A DNA stretch of 64,000 bases from an uncultured Gemmataceae bacterium (GTDB lineage: Bacteria; Planctomycetota; Planctomycetia; Gemmatales; Gemmataceae), in assembly GCA_963750165.1 (NCBI GenBank), contig CAVVPN010000012.1, positions 992,001 to 1,056,000 of the forward strand, written 5' to 3'. The notes under the pieces are model-generated. The model did no database searches and was not told where the DNA came from. It was given only the letters and a program-made list of their open reading frames with translations. The translations under genes were made by a program, and so were the position numbers. Below are positions 51,663 through 61,300 of the stretch, one piece after another (the stretch's first letter is position 1; each line of letters begins with the position of its first letter).

Positions 51663-52640
51663 ATGACCATCGGATACCACCTGGACGACTTCGACGACCG
51701 GCCGGTGCGCTGGTTCGACCCCAAGGCGAAGCGCAAGGGCGGCAAACCCTGCGTCTATCGCGTCGGCGGCATGGATTTTATCAAGTCGCAGTACGGCGAC
51801 GGTGAGTACGAGTTCCCCGAGCTGCTCGACCTGTTCCTGGCGGCGCACGGTGGCCCGGATCTGACGGCCCTGGTCATCGGCGCCTGGAACTATGGCGACA
51901 TGTGCGACGGCCTGAACGGTCGCGGGGCGGCGGACATGGTCGAGGCGCTGGTGGCCAACCGTAAACGCATGCCGAACCTGCGTGCCCTGTTCCTGGGGGA
52001 CATCACCTACGAGGAGTGTGAGATCTCCTGGATCAGCTACGGTGATATTTCGGCGCTACTGCCGGCCTTCCCAAAGCTGGAGGAGTTCCACATCCGGGGC
52101 GCGTCCAACCTGACCTTCGGCACCATCAAACACGGCAAGCTACGCACCTTCGTCATCGAGAGCGGCGGCCTGCCCGAACCGCTGCTGCGCGAGGTGTGGG
52201 CGGCCAAAGTACCGAAGCTGGAGCACCTGGAACTGTGGCTCGGCTCGCCGGACTACGGCGGCATCGACACGGTCGAGCCGCTGGCGCCGCTGCTGTCGGG
52301 CAAGCTGTTCAAGAAGCTGAAGTACCTCGGCCTGGTCAACTCCATGATCACCGACGCCGTGGCGAAGGCCCTGGTCGCATCCCCACTGATCGCGCGGCTG
52401 GAATCCCTCGACCTGTCCAACGGCACCCTGAGCGACGCGGGCGCCGAGGCCCTGCTCGGCTGCCCGGCCGTACACAAGTTGAAAATGCTCGACCTGTGCC
52501 ATCACTACCTGTCCGAGCCGTTCGTCGAGGAACTGCGGAAGTTGCCTGGCGAGGTGGACGTGGACGACCCCTGCGAAACCGAGTTCGAGACTTACGAGGG
52601 TCGCACCGAGGTCCTGCGCTACAACGTCGTCTCGGAGTGA
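51663..52640 (+). CDS. STM4015-family LRR protein, paralog 2
   Basis: Same motifs as 47633..48595; ggaggaggacac RBS. Confidence 0.88.
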   Translation: MTIGYHLDDFDDRPVRWFDPKAKRKGGKPCVYRVGGMDFIKSQYGDGEYEFPELLDLFLAAHGGPDLTALVIGAWNYGDMCDGLNGRGAADMVEALVANRKRMPNLRALFLGDITYEECEISWISYGDISALLPAFPKLEEFHIRGASNLTFGTIKHGKLRTFVIESGGLPEPLLREVWAAKVPKLEHLELWLGSPDYGGIDTVEPLAPLLSGKLFKKLKYLGLVNSMITDAVAKALVASPLIARLESLDLSNGTLSDAGAEALLGCPAVHKLKMLDLCHHYLSEPFVEELRKLPGEVDVDDPCETEFETYEGRTEVLRYNVVSE

Positions 52641-52664
52641 CCTCACCACCATCCAGGAGGACAC

Positions 52665-53639
52665 ATGGCCTTTAATCAACACCTGAAAACCTTCACCGGC
52701 CTGCCGGTAAAATGGTTCGACCCCAAAACGAAACGCAAGCCCGAGAAGCCCTGCGTCTATCACCTCGGCGGCTTCGACTACGTCAAGTCGGAATGCTCCG
52801 AGGGGGAGTACGAATTCGCTGAACTGCTCGACCTGTTCCTGGCCGCGCACGGCGGCAAGGATCTGACCGCCCTGGTCATCGGCGCCTGGAACGAGAGCGA
52901 CTCGCCGATGCTGGACGAGGGCGGGGCCGGCGACATGGTGGAGGCCCTGGTCGGCAATCGCCAGCGCATGCCCAACCTCCGCTCCCTGTTCGTCGGGGAC
53001 GTCACCTCGGAGGAGTGTGAGGTTTCCTGGATCGGCTACGGCGACCTGTCGGCGCTGCTACCGGCCTTCCCGAAGCTGGAGACGTTCGGCATCCGCGGCG
53101 CGGCCAACCTGTCCTTCGGCAAGATCAAGCACGGTAACCTGCGCTCGTTCACCGTCGAGAGCGGCGGCCTTCCCGAGCCGCTGTTGCGGGCACTGTGGAA
53201 AGCGGAGTTGCCGAAACTGGAGCACCTGGAACTGTGGCTGGGCTCGCCAAACTACGAGGGCATCGACACGCCCGACCCCCTCAAGCCGCTGCTCTCGGGC
53301 AAGCTGTTCAAGAAGCTGAAATACCTCGGCCTGCGCAACAGTGAGATTGCCGACCTGGTGGCGAAGGCCGTCGCTGAGTCTCCCCTGCTGGAACGGCTGC
53401 ACACCCTGGACCTGTCCCTCGGCAGTCTCACGGAGGCCGGTGCCGAGGCCCTGATCGTCAGCCCGCGCCTGCGCAAGTTGAAGAAACTCGACCTGCACCA
53501 CCACTACATCTCGCCGCCGTTCGTCGAGTACCTGAAAAAGCTGCCGCTCGACGTGGACCTGAGTGAGACGCGCAAACCCGACATCAGCACCTACGGCGAC
53601 ACCACCTATGTCGATCGCTACATCGCCGTCGATGAGTGA
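52665..53639 (+). CDS. STM4015-family LRR protein, paralog 3
   Basis: Close tandem paralog of 51663..52640, including the aggaggacacATG leader. Confidence 0.88.
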   Translation: MAFNQHLKTFTGLPVKWFDPKTKRKPEKPCVYHLGGFDYVKSECSEGEYEFAELLDLFLAAHGGKDLTALVIGAWNESDSPMLDEGGAGDMVEALVGNRQRMPNLRSLFVGDVTSEECEVSWIGYGDLSALLPAFPKLETFGIRGAANLSFGKIKHGNLRSFTVESGGLPEPLLRALWKAELPKLEHLELWLGSPNYEGIDTPDPLKPLLSGKLFKKLKYLGLRNSEIADLVAKAVAESPLLERLHTLDLSLGSLTEAGAEALIVSPRLRKLKKLDLHHHYISPPFVEYLKKLPLDVDLSETRKPDISTYGDTTYVDRYIAVDE

Positions 53640-54798
53640 CGGTCGTCTGGTCGTCATCGGCCATCCCGGACACAAGCGCGTCACGCTGTTCCAGGAAGCG
53701 CTGTCCCGCCGTGGACTGCCGCCGGCGTTCGTCGTCGCCTGGCGCGACCTGCTCACCGGGCAGGCGGACCTGCGGCAGGTGGTCGGAGATGGAGCCTGGG
53801 TGCGGATCGAGTCGCCCGGCCAGGACTTCGAAGTGGAGCGGTTGCTACTGGCCGCCGGAGCCGCGACAGCGGAGACGGAGGACACAGACGCCGCATTCCT
53901 CCCGGCCGATGCGGCCCTGCGGCTGACGCCCGACCGTGGCCGCCTGCGCTGTCCGCGGCAATGGTATCGCGGCTTCCGTGCCGTGCTGCGGCGCCTGTCC
54001 CGGGAACTGGGCGGACACTCCGGCGTCCGCTGGCTGAGTCATCCGGAGGACATCATCACGCTGTTCGACAAGCGTCGCTGCCAGGAGCGCTTCGCCGAGG
54101 CGGGCCTGCCGGTGCCGGCGCGGTTGGGCGCGGTACGATCCTTCGCTGCACTACTGGCCCGGATGGAGGAGACGGGATTGCGGCGGCTGTTCGTCAAGCT
54201 GGCGTGTGGCTCGTCGGCGTCGGGAGTGGTCGCGTTCCGCACCGGCGCCGGGCGGATGCAGGCGATCACCACGGTGGAACTGGTGCAGCACGACGGCGAG
54301 CTGCGCCTGTACAACACGCGGCGCATCCGCACTTACGAGTCCGCCGCCGACATCGTTCCCCTGATCGACACACTTTGCCGCGAGGGTGTGCAGGTGGAAG
54401 AATGGATTCCGAAGGCGGCCTTCGAGGGACAGACCTTTGACCTGCGTGTCCTGGTCATCGGCGGCACCGTCCGTCATGTCGTGCCGCGACTGAGCCGGCA
54501 CCCGATGACGAACCTGCACCTGCTCAACCGTCGCGGCGACCCGTCCCGGCTGCGCGAGCAGATCCCCACGGAGCACTGGGAGGCGGCCCTGGAGACGTGC
54601 CGCCGCGCCGCCGCCGTGTTCCCTGGATGTCTGCACGTCGGCGTCGATCTGCTGTTCACGCCCAGTTTCCGACGGCACGCGCTTCTGGAGGCCAACGCCT
54701 TCGGCGACCTGCTGCCGGGTATCGTCTGTGATGGGTTGAGCACGCACGACGCGGAGCTGGCGGCCCTGTTTGTTGGGGAGAAGTTGGACATCAATTGA
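53632..54798 (+). CDS. STM4014-family ATP-grasp protein
   Basis: RIESPG, FDK..C, FVKL..GSSASGV, EEWIPKA, FDLRVLV, PMTNLHL, GVDLL and LEANAFGDLLP. Confidence 0.88.
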   Translation: MSDGRLVVIGHPGHKRVTLFQEALSRRGLPPAFVVAWRDLLTGQADLRQVVGDGAWVRIESPGQDFEVERLLLAAGAATAETEDTDAAFLPADAALRLTPDRGRLRCPRQWYRGFRAVLRRLSRELGGHSGVRWLSHPEDIITLFDKRRCQERFAEAGLPVPARLGAVRSFAALLARMEETGLRRLFVKLACGSSASGVVAFRTGAGRMQAITTVELVQHDGELRLYNTRRIRTYESAADIVPLIDTLCREGVQVEEWIPKAAFEGQTFDLRVLVIGGTVRHVVPRLSRHPMTNLHLLNRRGDPSRLREQIPTEHWEAALETCRRAAAVFPGCLHVGVDLLFTPSFRRHALLEANAFGDLLPGIVCDGLSTHDAELAALFVGEKLDIN

Positions 54799-54842
54799 CC
54801 CCGTTTACGTTTCGCGCGGACTCTGCCCGCGCGAAACGTAAC
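54798..54842. repeat. Palindrome (family G) between convergent genes
   Basis: ttacgtttcgcgcgg ... ccgcgcgaaacgtaa. Confidence 0.7.
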
Positions 54843-54857
54843 CAGGGCGCGAGCGCT

Positions 54858-55931
54858 TCAAGTCTCGATGAGCGGACGATAGTCGTCGGGGTCGTCGATG
54901 CCAGCCGTCCACGCCGCGGCCTGGCGGCAGGACCGCAGGGCCGGCGGCACGCGCAGGGCGTACTGGCGGCCCGTGGAAGGACACGACACCGAGAGGCAGA
55001 CCAGTGGCTCGTCTCCCGGCAAGGGGACGAGCAACAGTCGGCGCTCGCCGCCCGGGTCGCGGTCCTGGTCGAGCACCTCGGCGTTGACGTGCTGGAAGAA
55101 CCACTCGAAGCCGACGCGCTCCAGCATGACACGGCGCACCTCGGCGTTGGGCTCGGACAGGATCTCGTCGCTGCTGAGCGTCTCGGGCTTGAAGGCGACG
55201 CGCTCGCTCACGGCGACGCCGCGCCAGCGCAGTGGCACATCTCGGAGCGACCGCGGCAGCCGGGTGAGGCCGCTGCCGCCGACCTCGATCCAGGAGGTGG
55301 TGGTCAGGTTGCCCGGCAGCTCGGTGATGCCAGCACAGTCGCGCAGGTCGAGTTGAGCAACCTGGCGGACACCGGGCGGTAGTCGGGTGAAGCTGGTGCC
55401 CGACAGGTTCAGGTGGCCATGCCGCACCGACACATCTTTCGGCCAGCGCCGCAGCCCCCGGCAACCTTGCAGGTCCAGGAAACAGACGGCCAGCCCCTCG
55501 GGCAACTCCTCCAGGGCCGTGCAGCCGCTCAGCACCACCGAACCGACGCGCAGGTTCGCCGGCAGCCGGACCAGGTGCCGGGAGTCGCGCAGGTCGAGGC
55601 GGAACTCCACACGCAGACCGTCGGGCAGGCTGACGAGGCCGGACTCCGGGGCGGTGATCTCGTAGCAGCGCAGTCCCGCCGGCAGTGTGCTCAGACGGGG
55701 ACAGTTGCGGATTTCCAGGTGCCGGACCTGGAGCCCACGCGGCAGCGCCTTCAGGTCGGGGCAGTCGAGCAAGCGCAGCCGCCGAACCTTCAACCCGGTG
55801 GGCAAGCTCAACCCCTCGACGCCCTGGAACTCCAGGTAGCCCTCAACCTCAACGCCGTCGGGAGCGGTGCCGGCGAGGATGCGTTCGTGTGCCTCGGCGG
55901 CGGTCATCGTGCGGTTCACGGTGGCGGACAT
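54858..55931 (-). CDS. LRR-like repeats plus DUF6745-like C-terminal domain
   Basis: Repeated L..LP.GL.V..L.L..C units; C-terminal EPNAEVRRVMLERVG...CPSTGRQYALRVPP....C.QAAAWT. Confidence 0.8.
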   Translation of the reverse strand: MSATVNRTMTAAEAHERILAGTAPDGVEVEGYLEFQGVEGLSLPTGLKVRRLRLLDCPDLKALPRGLQVRHLEIRNCPRLSTLPAGLRCYEITAPESGLVSLPDGLRVEFRLDLRDSRHLVRLPANLRVGSVVLSGCTALEELPEGLAVCFLDLQGCRGLRRWPKDVSVRHGHLNLSGTSFTRLPPGVRQVAQLDLRDCAGITELPGNLTTTSWIEVGGSGLTRLPRSLRDVPLRWRGVAVSERVAFKPETLSSDEILSEPNAEVRRVMLERVGFEWFFQHVNAEVLDQDRDPGGERRLLLVPLPGDEPLVCLSVSCPSTGRQYALRVPPALRSCRQAAAWTAGIDDPDDYRPLIET

Positions 55932-55951
55932 GGCGGCCTCCTGGTTCGGGG

Positions 55952-56248
55952 TCAATCGCGGACGGTGCGGATCGCTTCGGGACTGTATTCGCGCTGCTGC
56001 CAGACCCGGTAGGTGCCGCGCCGCAGCGTGATCGGGCCGTGCTCCTCGTGGGCGACCGTCGCCAGCGTGGCGGTCACTTCCAGGTAGAGCGAACCGGCGT
56101 GGGCGAACATCCGGGCGGCGCCGGTTTCCTTGATGCGGTGGCTATGGCCGGTCACCTCGCCCTCGGCCAGCACGCAGTGCGGCCGGGGTTGCGCCGCGGC
56201 GGGGATGGATGGAACGGCGGCGATGAAGACGTCTCCCTGGCGCCACAT
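55952..56248 (-). CDS. Small His-rich beta protein (RQGDV...LAEGEVTGHSH...HEEH...QREY), DUF6745 partner
   Basis: Conserved-looking motifs; 20-bp gap to the DUF6745-like gene on the same strand. Confidence 0.8.
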   Translation of the reverse strand: MWRQGDVFIAAVPSIPAAAQPRPHCVLAEGEVTGHSHRIKETGAARMFAHAGSLYLEVTATLATVAHEEHGPITLRRGTYRVWQQREYSPEAIRTVRD

Positions 56249-56445
56249 GAGAAAGTCCCTCCGTTTGGTATGGGGAAGTAGGTGGGATTCACCACACATC
56301 ACACCCGAAGTGTAACCGGTGGCAAGACCGATCCCAGGTCAGTAGCGGGCGTGCCTGCGCTGGGCCGCGACACTCCTCCCCTTGCGCCTAGAAAAAGCAG
56401 CATCATTCGCTCGAAGTGACTGACCGGATGGCGTGAGGTGAACCG

Positions 56446-56700
56446 ATGGGCCTGTTCGATTTTTTGTTCGGGCGCCGTGGCGGTGGCGGCGACGGCTCCA
56501 GCCCAGAGAAGGCGGTCGTCGTCGGCAGTGTGGCCGAGGAGTATCGGTGGATGCAGCGCCACCACCCCGGGTTCCAGCCGGGCATGCAGGCGCTGTCACA
56601 CATCGACGGCAAGCCCTATGACGTGCTCACCTGGCGGAACGAGCGCGGGGAGGAGCGGACGGTGTACTTCGACATCTCGCAGTTCTTCGGCCGATTCTAG
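56446..56700 (+). CDS. Small conserved-looking hypothetical protein
   Basis: gaggtg RBS; GDGSSPEKAVV...EEY...YDVL...YFDISQFFG; typical codon usage. Confidence 0.75.
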   Translation: MGLFDFLFGRRGGGGDGSSPEKAVVVGSVAEEYRWMQRHHPGFQPGMQALSHIDGKPYDVLTWRNERGEERTVYFDISQFFGRF

Positions 56701-56710
56701 CGCGGCTGGC

Positions 56711-56819
56711 CTTGGGGTGTAGCGGAAGTCGCCAGACTTCCGTGCGGCGCTGCCCGGAAGTCTGGCGACTTCCGCTACCCCAACCTGCCCGGAAGTCTGG
56801 CGACTTCCGCTACCCCAAG
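56711..56819. repeat. GTAG-type REP doublet (family E) with duplicated right arm
   Basis: gtagcggaagtcgccagacttccg, then ctgcccggaagtctggcgacttccgctaccccaa twice in tandem. Confidence 0.9.
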
Positions 56820-56904
56820 CCGAATAAAAAGCCGCTGGCACCGGCTCCATCGGTTTGGTTAGAATGTTGCAATCCTACCCGCAGCGTTGTGGACGGAGAG
56901 CCGC

Positions 56905-58095
56905 ATGACGATGCCATTGCGATTGCCCACCTCGGCCCGCGTCCGCCGGTCGTCGGTGTTTTATCGGCCGCAGGTGGAGCACCTGGAAAGCCGCCTCGTT
57001 CCCGCCGACCTCCCCTTTGCCCTCGCCCTGCTGACGGCGCCGCTGTCCACCGTGCCGGGCGACCGTGCGTCCATCTACAGCCCGATCGCAACGACCGCCT
57101 TCAGCCTGGATGCCTTGACAACACCCCCGGCGGGTGTCGAATATGCGTCAGGCGCGCTCGAGAGTATTCAGTACAGTTTCACGGTCCACATCCTGTCCAC
57201 CTCGTCAGTCACGGAATCCAGTCCAGCGTCCAACGACGCCGCCACGGTCCCCGAGACCACGTCCCTCAAGATCACGATCAGCAGTTCCCCGCCCCCGGCG
57301 AGTAACGTTCCCTCGGAGGGAGGCGTACCGCAGGGATCGGTCGTGACGGTCACCGTCACCCCGGTCGCTCATCCGGAGACGCCTGCGGAGAGGAACGACG
57401 CCGCGCCGCAGGTGCTCACAGTCCTCGCCATCCCGGGCCGCTCCCTCGCCGTCCAGGCGCAGGTCGTGGCCCTGAGCGTCCCGGCCTCGCCGCCCCCGCC
57501 GGGTGTGGGCGGCTTCTTCGCGCCGACCCCGGGAACGCCTGCGCCAGTCACCGAACTGACCTTGATCGTCAGCAGCTCGACACAGGGGCCGGGCCCCGCG
57601 CAACCGGACGGCAACCTCGCCTCGCCCTCGTCCGCCGGCCAACCCGCGCCGATCACCGCACTCGCGCCGGTCAACTCAGCCGACGAGTTGCTCGCGGCGG
57701 ACGGTGGCACCGCGAAACCAGTGGAGTACCAGTTCCAGGTCACCGCGGTCCAGGGGAGCACGACCGCACTGTGGCCTGGCCCGCTGTCGCTGTCGAGCCC
57801 GACCGACCCGTCCGACCTCGGGAATGGGCAGGGCTCCCGCTCCGCCGGCGACAGGGATACCGGCCTGGCCCAGACCGCCGCTCAGCGCAAGGCGCTGGCC
57901 CTGGGGCTGCGCTACCTCTACCCGGACCTGACGGACGACGAAATTGCCCAGGCCGCCGGCGTCAGCCGCAGGACCCTGTTTCGCTGGGATGAGTACATGA
58001 CGCTCAAAAAGGCGCAACGGGAACTGTACAAACGACCCCGCGGCTACAAGGATCGGGACGGCAATCTCGAAGCCTGGGAGGAAGAAGACGAGTAG
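56905..58095 (+). CDS. Planctomycete-motif protein, Pro/Ser/Thr-rich, with C-terminal HTH
   Basis: FYRPQVEHLESRLVPA at the N-terminus; LTDDEIAQAAGVSRRTLFRW at the C-terminus. Confidence 0.65.
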   Translation: MTMPLRLPTSARVRRSSVFYRPQVEHLESRLVPADLPFALALLTAPLSTVPGDRASIYSPIATTAFSLDALTTPPAGVEYASGALESIQYSFTVHILSTSSVTESSPASNDAATVPETTSLKITISSSPPPASNVPSEGGVPQGSVVTVTVTPVAHPETPAERNDAAPQVLTVLAIPGRSLAVQAQVVALSVPASPPPPGVGGFFAPTPGTPAPVTELTLIVSSSTQGPGPAQPDGNLASPSSAGQPAPITALAPVNSADELLAADGGTAKPVEYQFQVTAVQGSTTALWPGPLSLSSPTDPSDLGNGQGSRSAGDRDTGLAQTAAQRKALALGLRYLYPDLTDDEIAQAAGVSRRTLFRWDEYMTLKKAQRELYKRPRGYKDRDGNLEAWEEEDE

Positions 58096-58338
58096 GGCGC
58101 CCCGCCCCCACCTCCCCTGCCGCCCCCTTGTCACAATGTCCTACCTCGAAAATAATTTTATCCCTTGCGGTCACAACCGTTTGAGGATATGAGTTGGCGA
58201 TCGACCGGCCACAATCGATCCGATTGTGTAGAAGGTGTGCCGCGGGTGGGCACGCCTGTACCGGGGCGGCGCCGAACTCGCGAGAACGGGGGCCGCTGCG
58301 GTCATCGAACTTACCTTTTTCACACTCCCAGGTGCTTC

Positions 58339-61300
58339 ATGATTCAATCGTGGACAAACCACGAGCGCGCTTCCTGGCGGCGCGATCGAGGCGGCCGTCG
58401 GCACACGACCGGGCAGCGCTGGCGCTATCGGCCGCGGGTGGAACTGCTGGAAGATCGGCGGCTGCTCAGCGCCGGGGCCATCGACCCGACCTTCGGCCAG
58501 AACGGCGTCACGGCCCCGGACGGCGGCGCGGCGTCGCGGGCGCTGGTCGTCGAGGCGGACGGCAAGATTTTGCTGCTCGATCAGACCCAGACGGGTTACA
58601 ACCTGCTGCGCTACAACACGGACGGTACGCCGGACACCACCTTCGGCGACCAGGGTGCGGTCACGGGTACCTTCGGCGCCGGCACCGCCGTGTTCAGCCT
58701 GGGAGTGCGCGCCGACGGCCGCATCGTGGTCGCCGGAGCGGCCGACTCCAGCCTGGACGAGGCCCACTTCAACCCCGACGGGACGGCCGACACCACGTTC
58801 GCGAACGGCGGAATGTCCGTATCCTTGCCGATGCCGAATATCACATTCAGCGACATGGCGGTGCAGAACAGCGGCGCGGTAGTCGCGGTCGGCGCCAGTG
58901 GTGACGACCTCGTCGTCGTCGAACTCGACGCCTCGGACGGCCAGCTGTGCCCGGGCTTCGGCGGTTGCGGCTCGGTCACGGTGGCGCTCGGCGCCGGCGC
59001 CCAGGCCGGCGGCGTCGCCTTTCAGAGCGACGGCAAGGTGGTGGTGAGCGGCTTCGGCGGCGGCCAGCTCTCGGTGTTACGCTACAACGCGGACGGCACC
59101 CCGGACACCACCTTCGCCACCGCCGGCGTCGCCACCGTCGCAGTGTCGGGGACGACGCCGCTGTCCTCACACGTCGCGGTGGACCCGACCACGGGCCAGG
59201 TCGCGGCGACCGCCGACACCTATGCCCTCATCGCGTCCCTTGACGGCCCGCCCCCGGAGGGCGGATACGGCAAGGAGTATTTCAACCTGTTCCGCTTCAA
59301 CGCCGACGGCAGCCCGAACACGGCGTTCGGCAATCAGGGCGAGGTCGTCACGTCCACCTCGGTCTGGATCGACGCGCCGAGCAACTTTTTCAGCCATGAC
59401 GTGGCCTTCGAGCAGGACGGCAAGCTGCTGGTGGCACAGCTGAGCGAGGGTTCGACGGATGTGCTGCGCTACGGCGCCGACGGTGCGCTGGACCTGACCT
59501 ACGGCAACGGCGGCGACGCCTCCGTGGGCCTCACCTGGGACTACACGCAGTTGCCGGCGCCGACGCACCCCCTGGCCCTGCAGGGCGACGGCGAGGTGGT
59601 CGTGGCGAGCGACACGTTCCTGAACGGGCAGGACGGCGCCTATTCCAACGGCGCGGTCGTGACGCGCCTGCAGACCGACAGCCACCTGCGCCCGCAGCAG
59701 TTCGGCTCGGAGGCGGCGTTCCGCGAGTACGTGATCGACCAGGCGGTGCAGCGCTACGCCTCGCTCCTGGCACAAACCTTCCCCAATTATTACTTCGCGT
59801 TCCCGCTCGCCACCGAAGCTGTCACGACCAGTCTCGCCACCGGGACGGTTGACGCGGTTGACGAGGCCAGTCCTACCTACTCCACCACCAACGTGCAGGT
59901 CAACGGCGTGGACGAGGGCGACACCGTCAAGACCGACGGCCAGTATCTGTACGTACTGTCCGGCGGCCAACTGGTCATCCTCACCGCCTGGCCGGCCAGC
60001 GCCCTGCAGACCCTGTCCGTGACGGCCCTGCAGGGCAGCCCACAGGCCGAGTTCCTGGACGGCGACCGCCTCACGGTCATCACGCAGGATTATGTGAGCG
60101 ATCCGTCTTCTCCGCCCCCGGGCGTTGTCACCCCCAGCGCGATTGTTGCCGGGAACTTGATCCCTTACTGGGGCTACCCGTCGCAGCCAGTCGTGCGGGT
60201 GACGGTGTTCGACGTGTCCGATCCGTCCGCGCCGGCGGTCATGCAGCAGACCACTCTCGACGGCACCTACAACACTTCACGGGCCATCGGCGACACCGTC
60301 TACGTGGCCCTCAGCAATGAGTTGACCAGCGTGCCGGCGCCCACCTACCAACTGGTCGGCAACAATTCCGTTTACGAAACCGAGGTGGACTACCGCGCCC
60401 AGCTGGAGGCGCTGCCGCTGAACCAGTTGTTGCCCACCTACACGACGCATTACACCGACGCGGCTGGCGACCACGACCTCAGCGGCCTGCTCACGGACCC
60501 GGCGGACCTCTATCAGCCGGCGGTGCCGGACGATAACACCCTGATGTCGCTGGTGTCCTTCGATGTCAGCGGCGCCGTTGCCGGGCCCACACACTCGGTC
60601 AGTCTGCTGACCTCCTACGATGCGACCCTGTTCGCCGCGACGGACAACTTCTACCTGATTTCCAGTCGTTGGTCCTACGTCAGCAACTGGACGTTCATCG
60701 ACCAGCTGAGCCTGGCGGGCGGCGACATCACGCTGACCGCCACCGGTCGGGTGCCCGGCTCCATCCTGAACTCGTACTCGGCGGGCGAGAACGGCAACGA
60801 TTTCTACATCGCCACCACCACGGGTTGGTGGAATAACTCGAGTAACAACCTCTACGTCCTGACCGCGAACGGCGCCAGTCTCGATGTGGTTGGCAAGCTG
60901 GAGGGCCTGGCCCCCGATGACTCGATTTACGCCGTCCGCTTCCTGGGCGACCGCGCCTTCGTGTCCACCTACGAAAACACGGACCCACTGTTCGCCGTGG
61001 ACCTGTCCGACCCAACCCATCCCGTCGTGGCCGGTACGCTCGAAGTGTCCGGCTACACCGGCTACCTGCAAGCGCTGGACGCCACGCACCTGATCGGCAT
61101 CGGCCGGGATTCGGATCCGGTCACGGGCGAAACCACGGACATCACAGTGTCGCTGTTCGACGTGTCGGACCTGAACAACCCCATCCTGGTCAGCCGCTAC
61201 CACGTCGCGCCACAGGGCTGGTCCTGGTCGGCCGCCGAGTACGACTTCCACGCGATCACCTGGTATCCGGAACTCCAGGCCCTGGCCCTGCCCATCTCCA

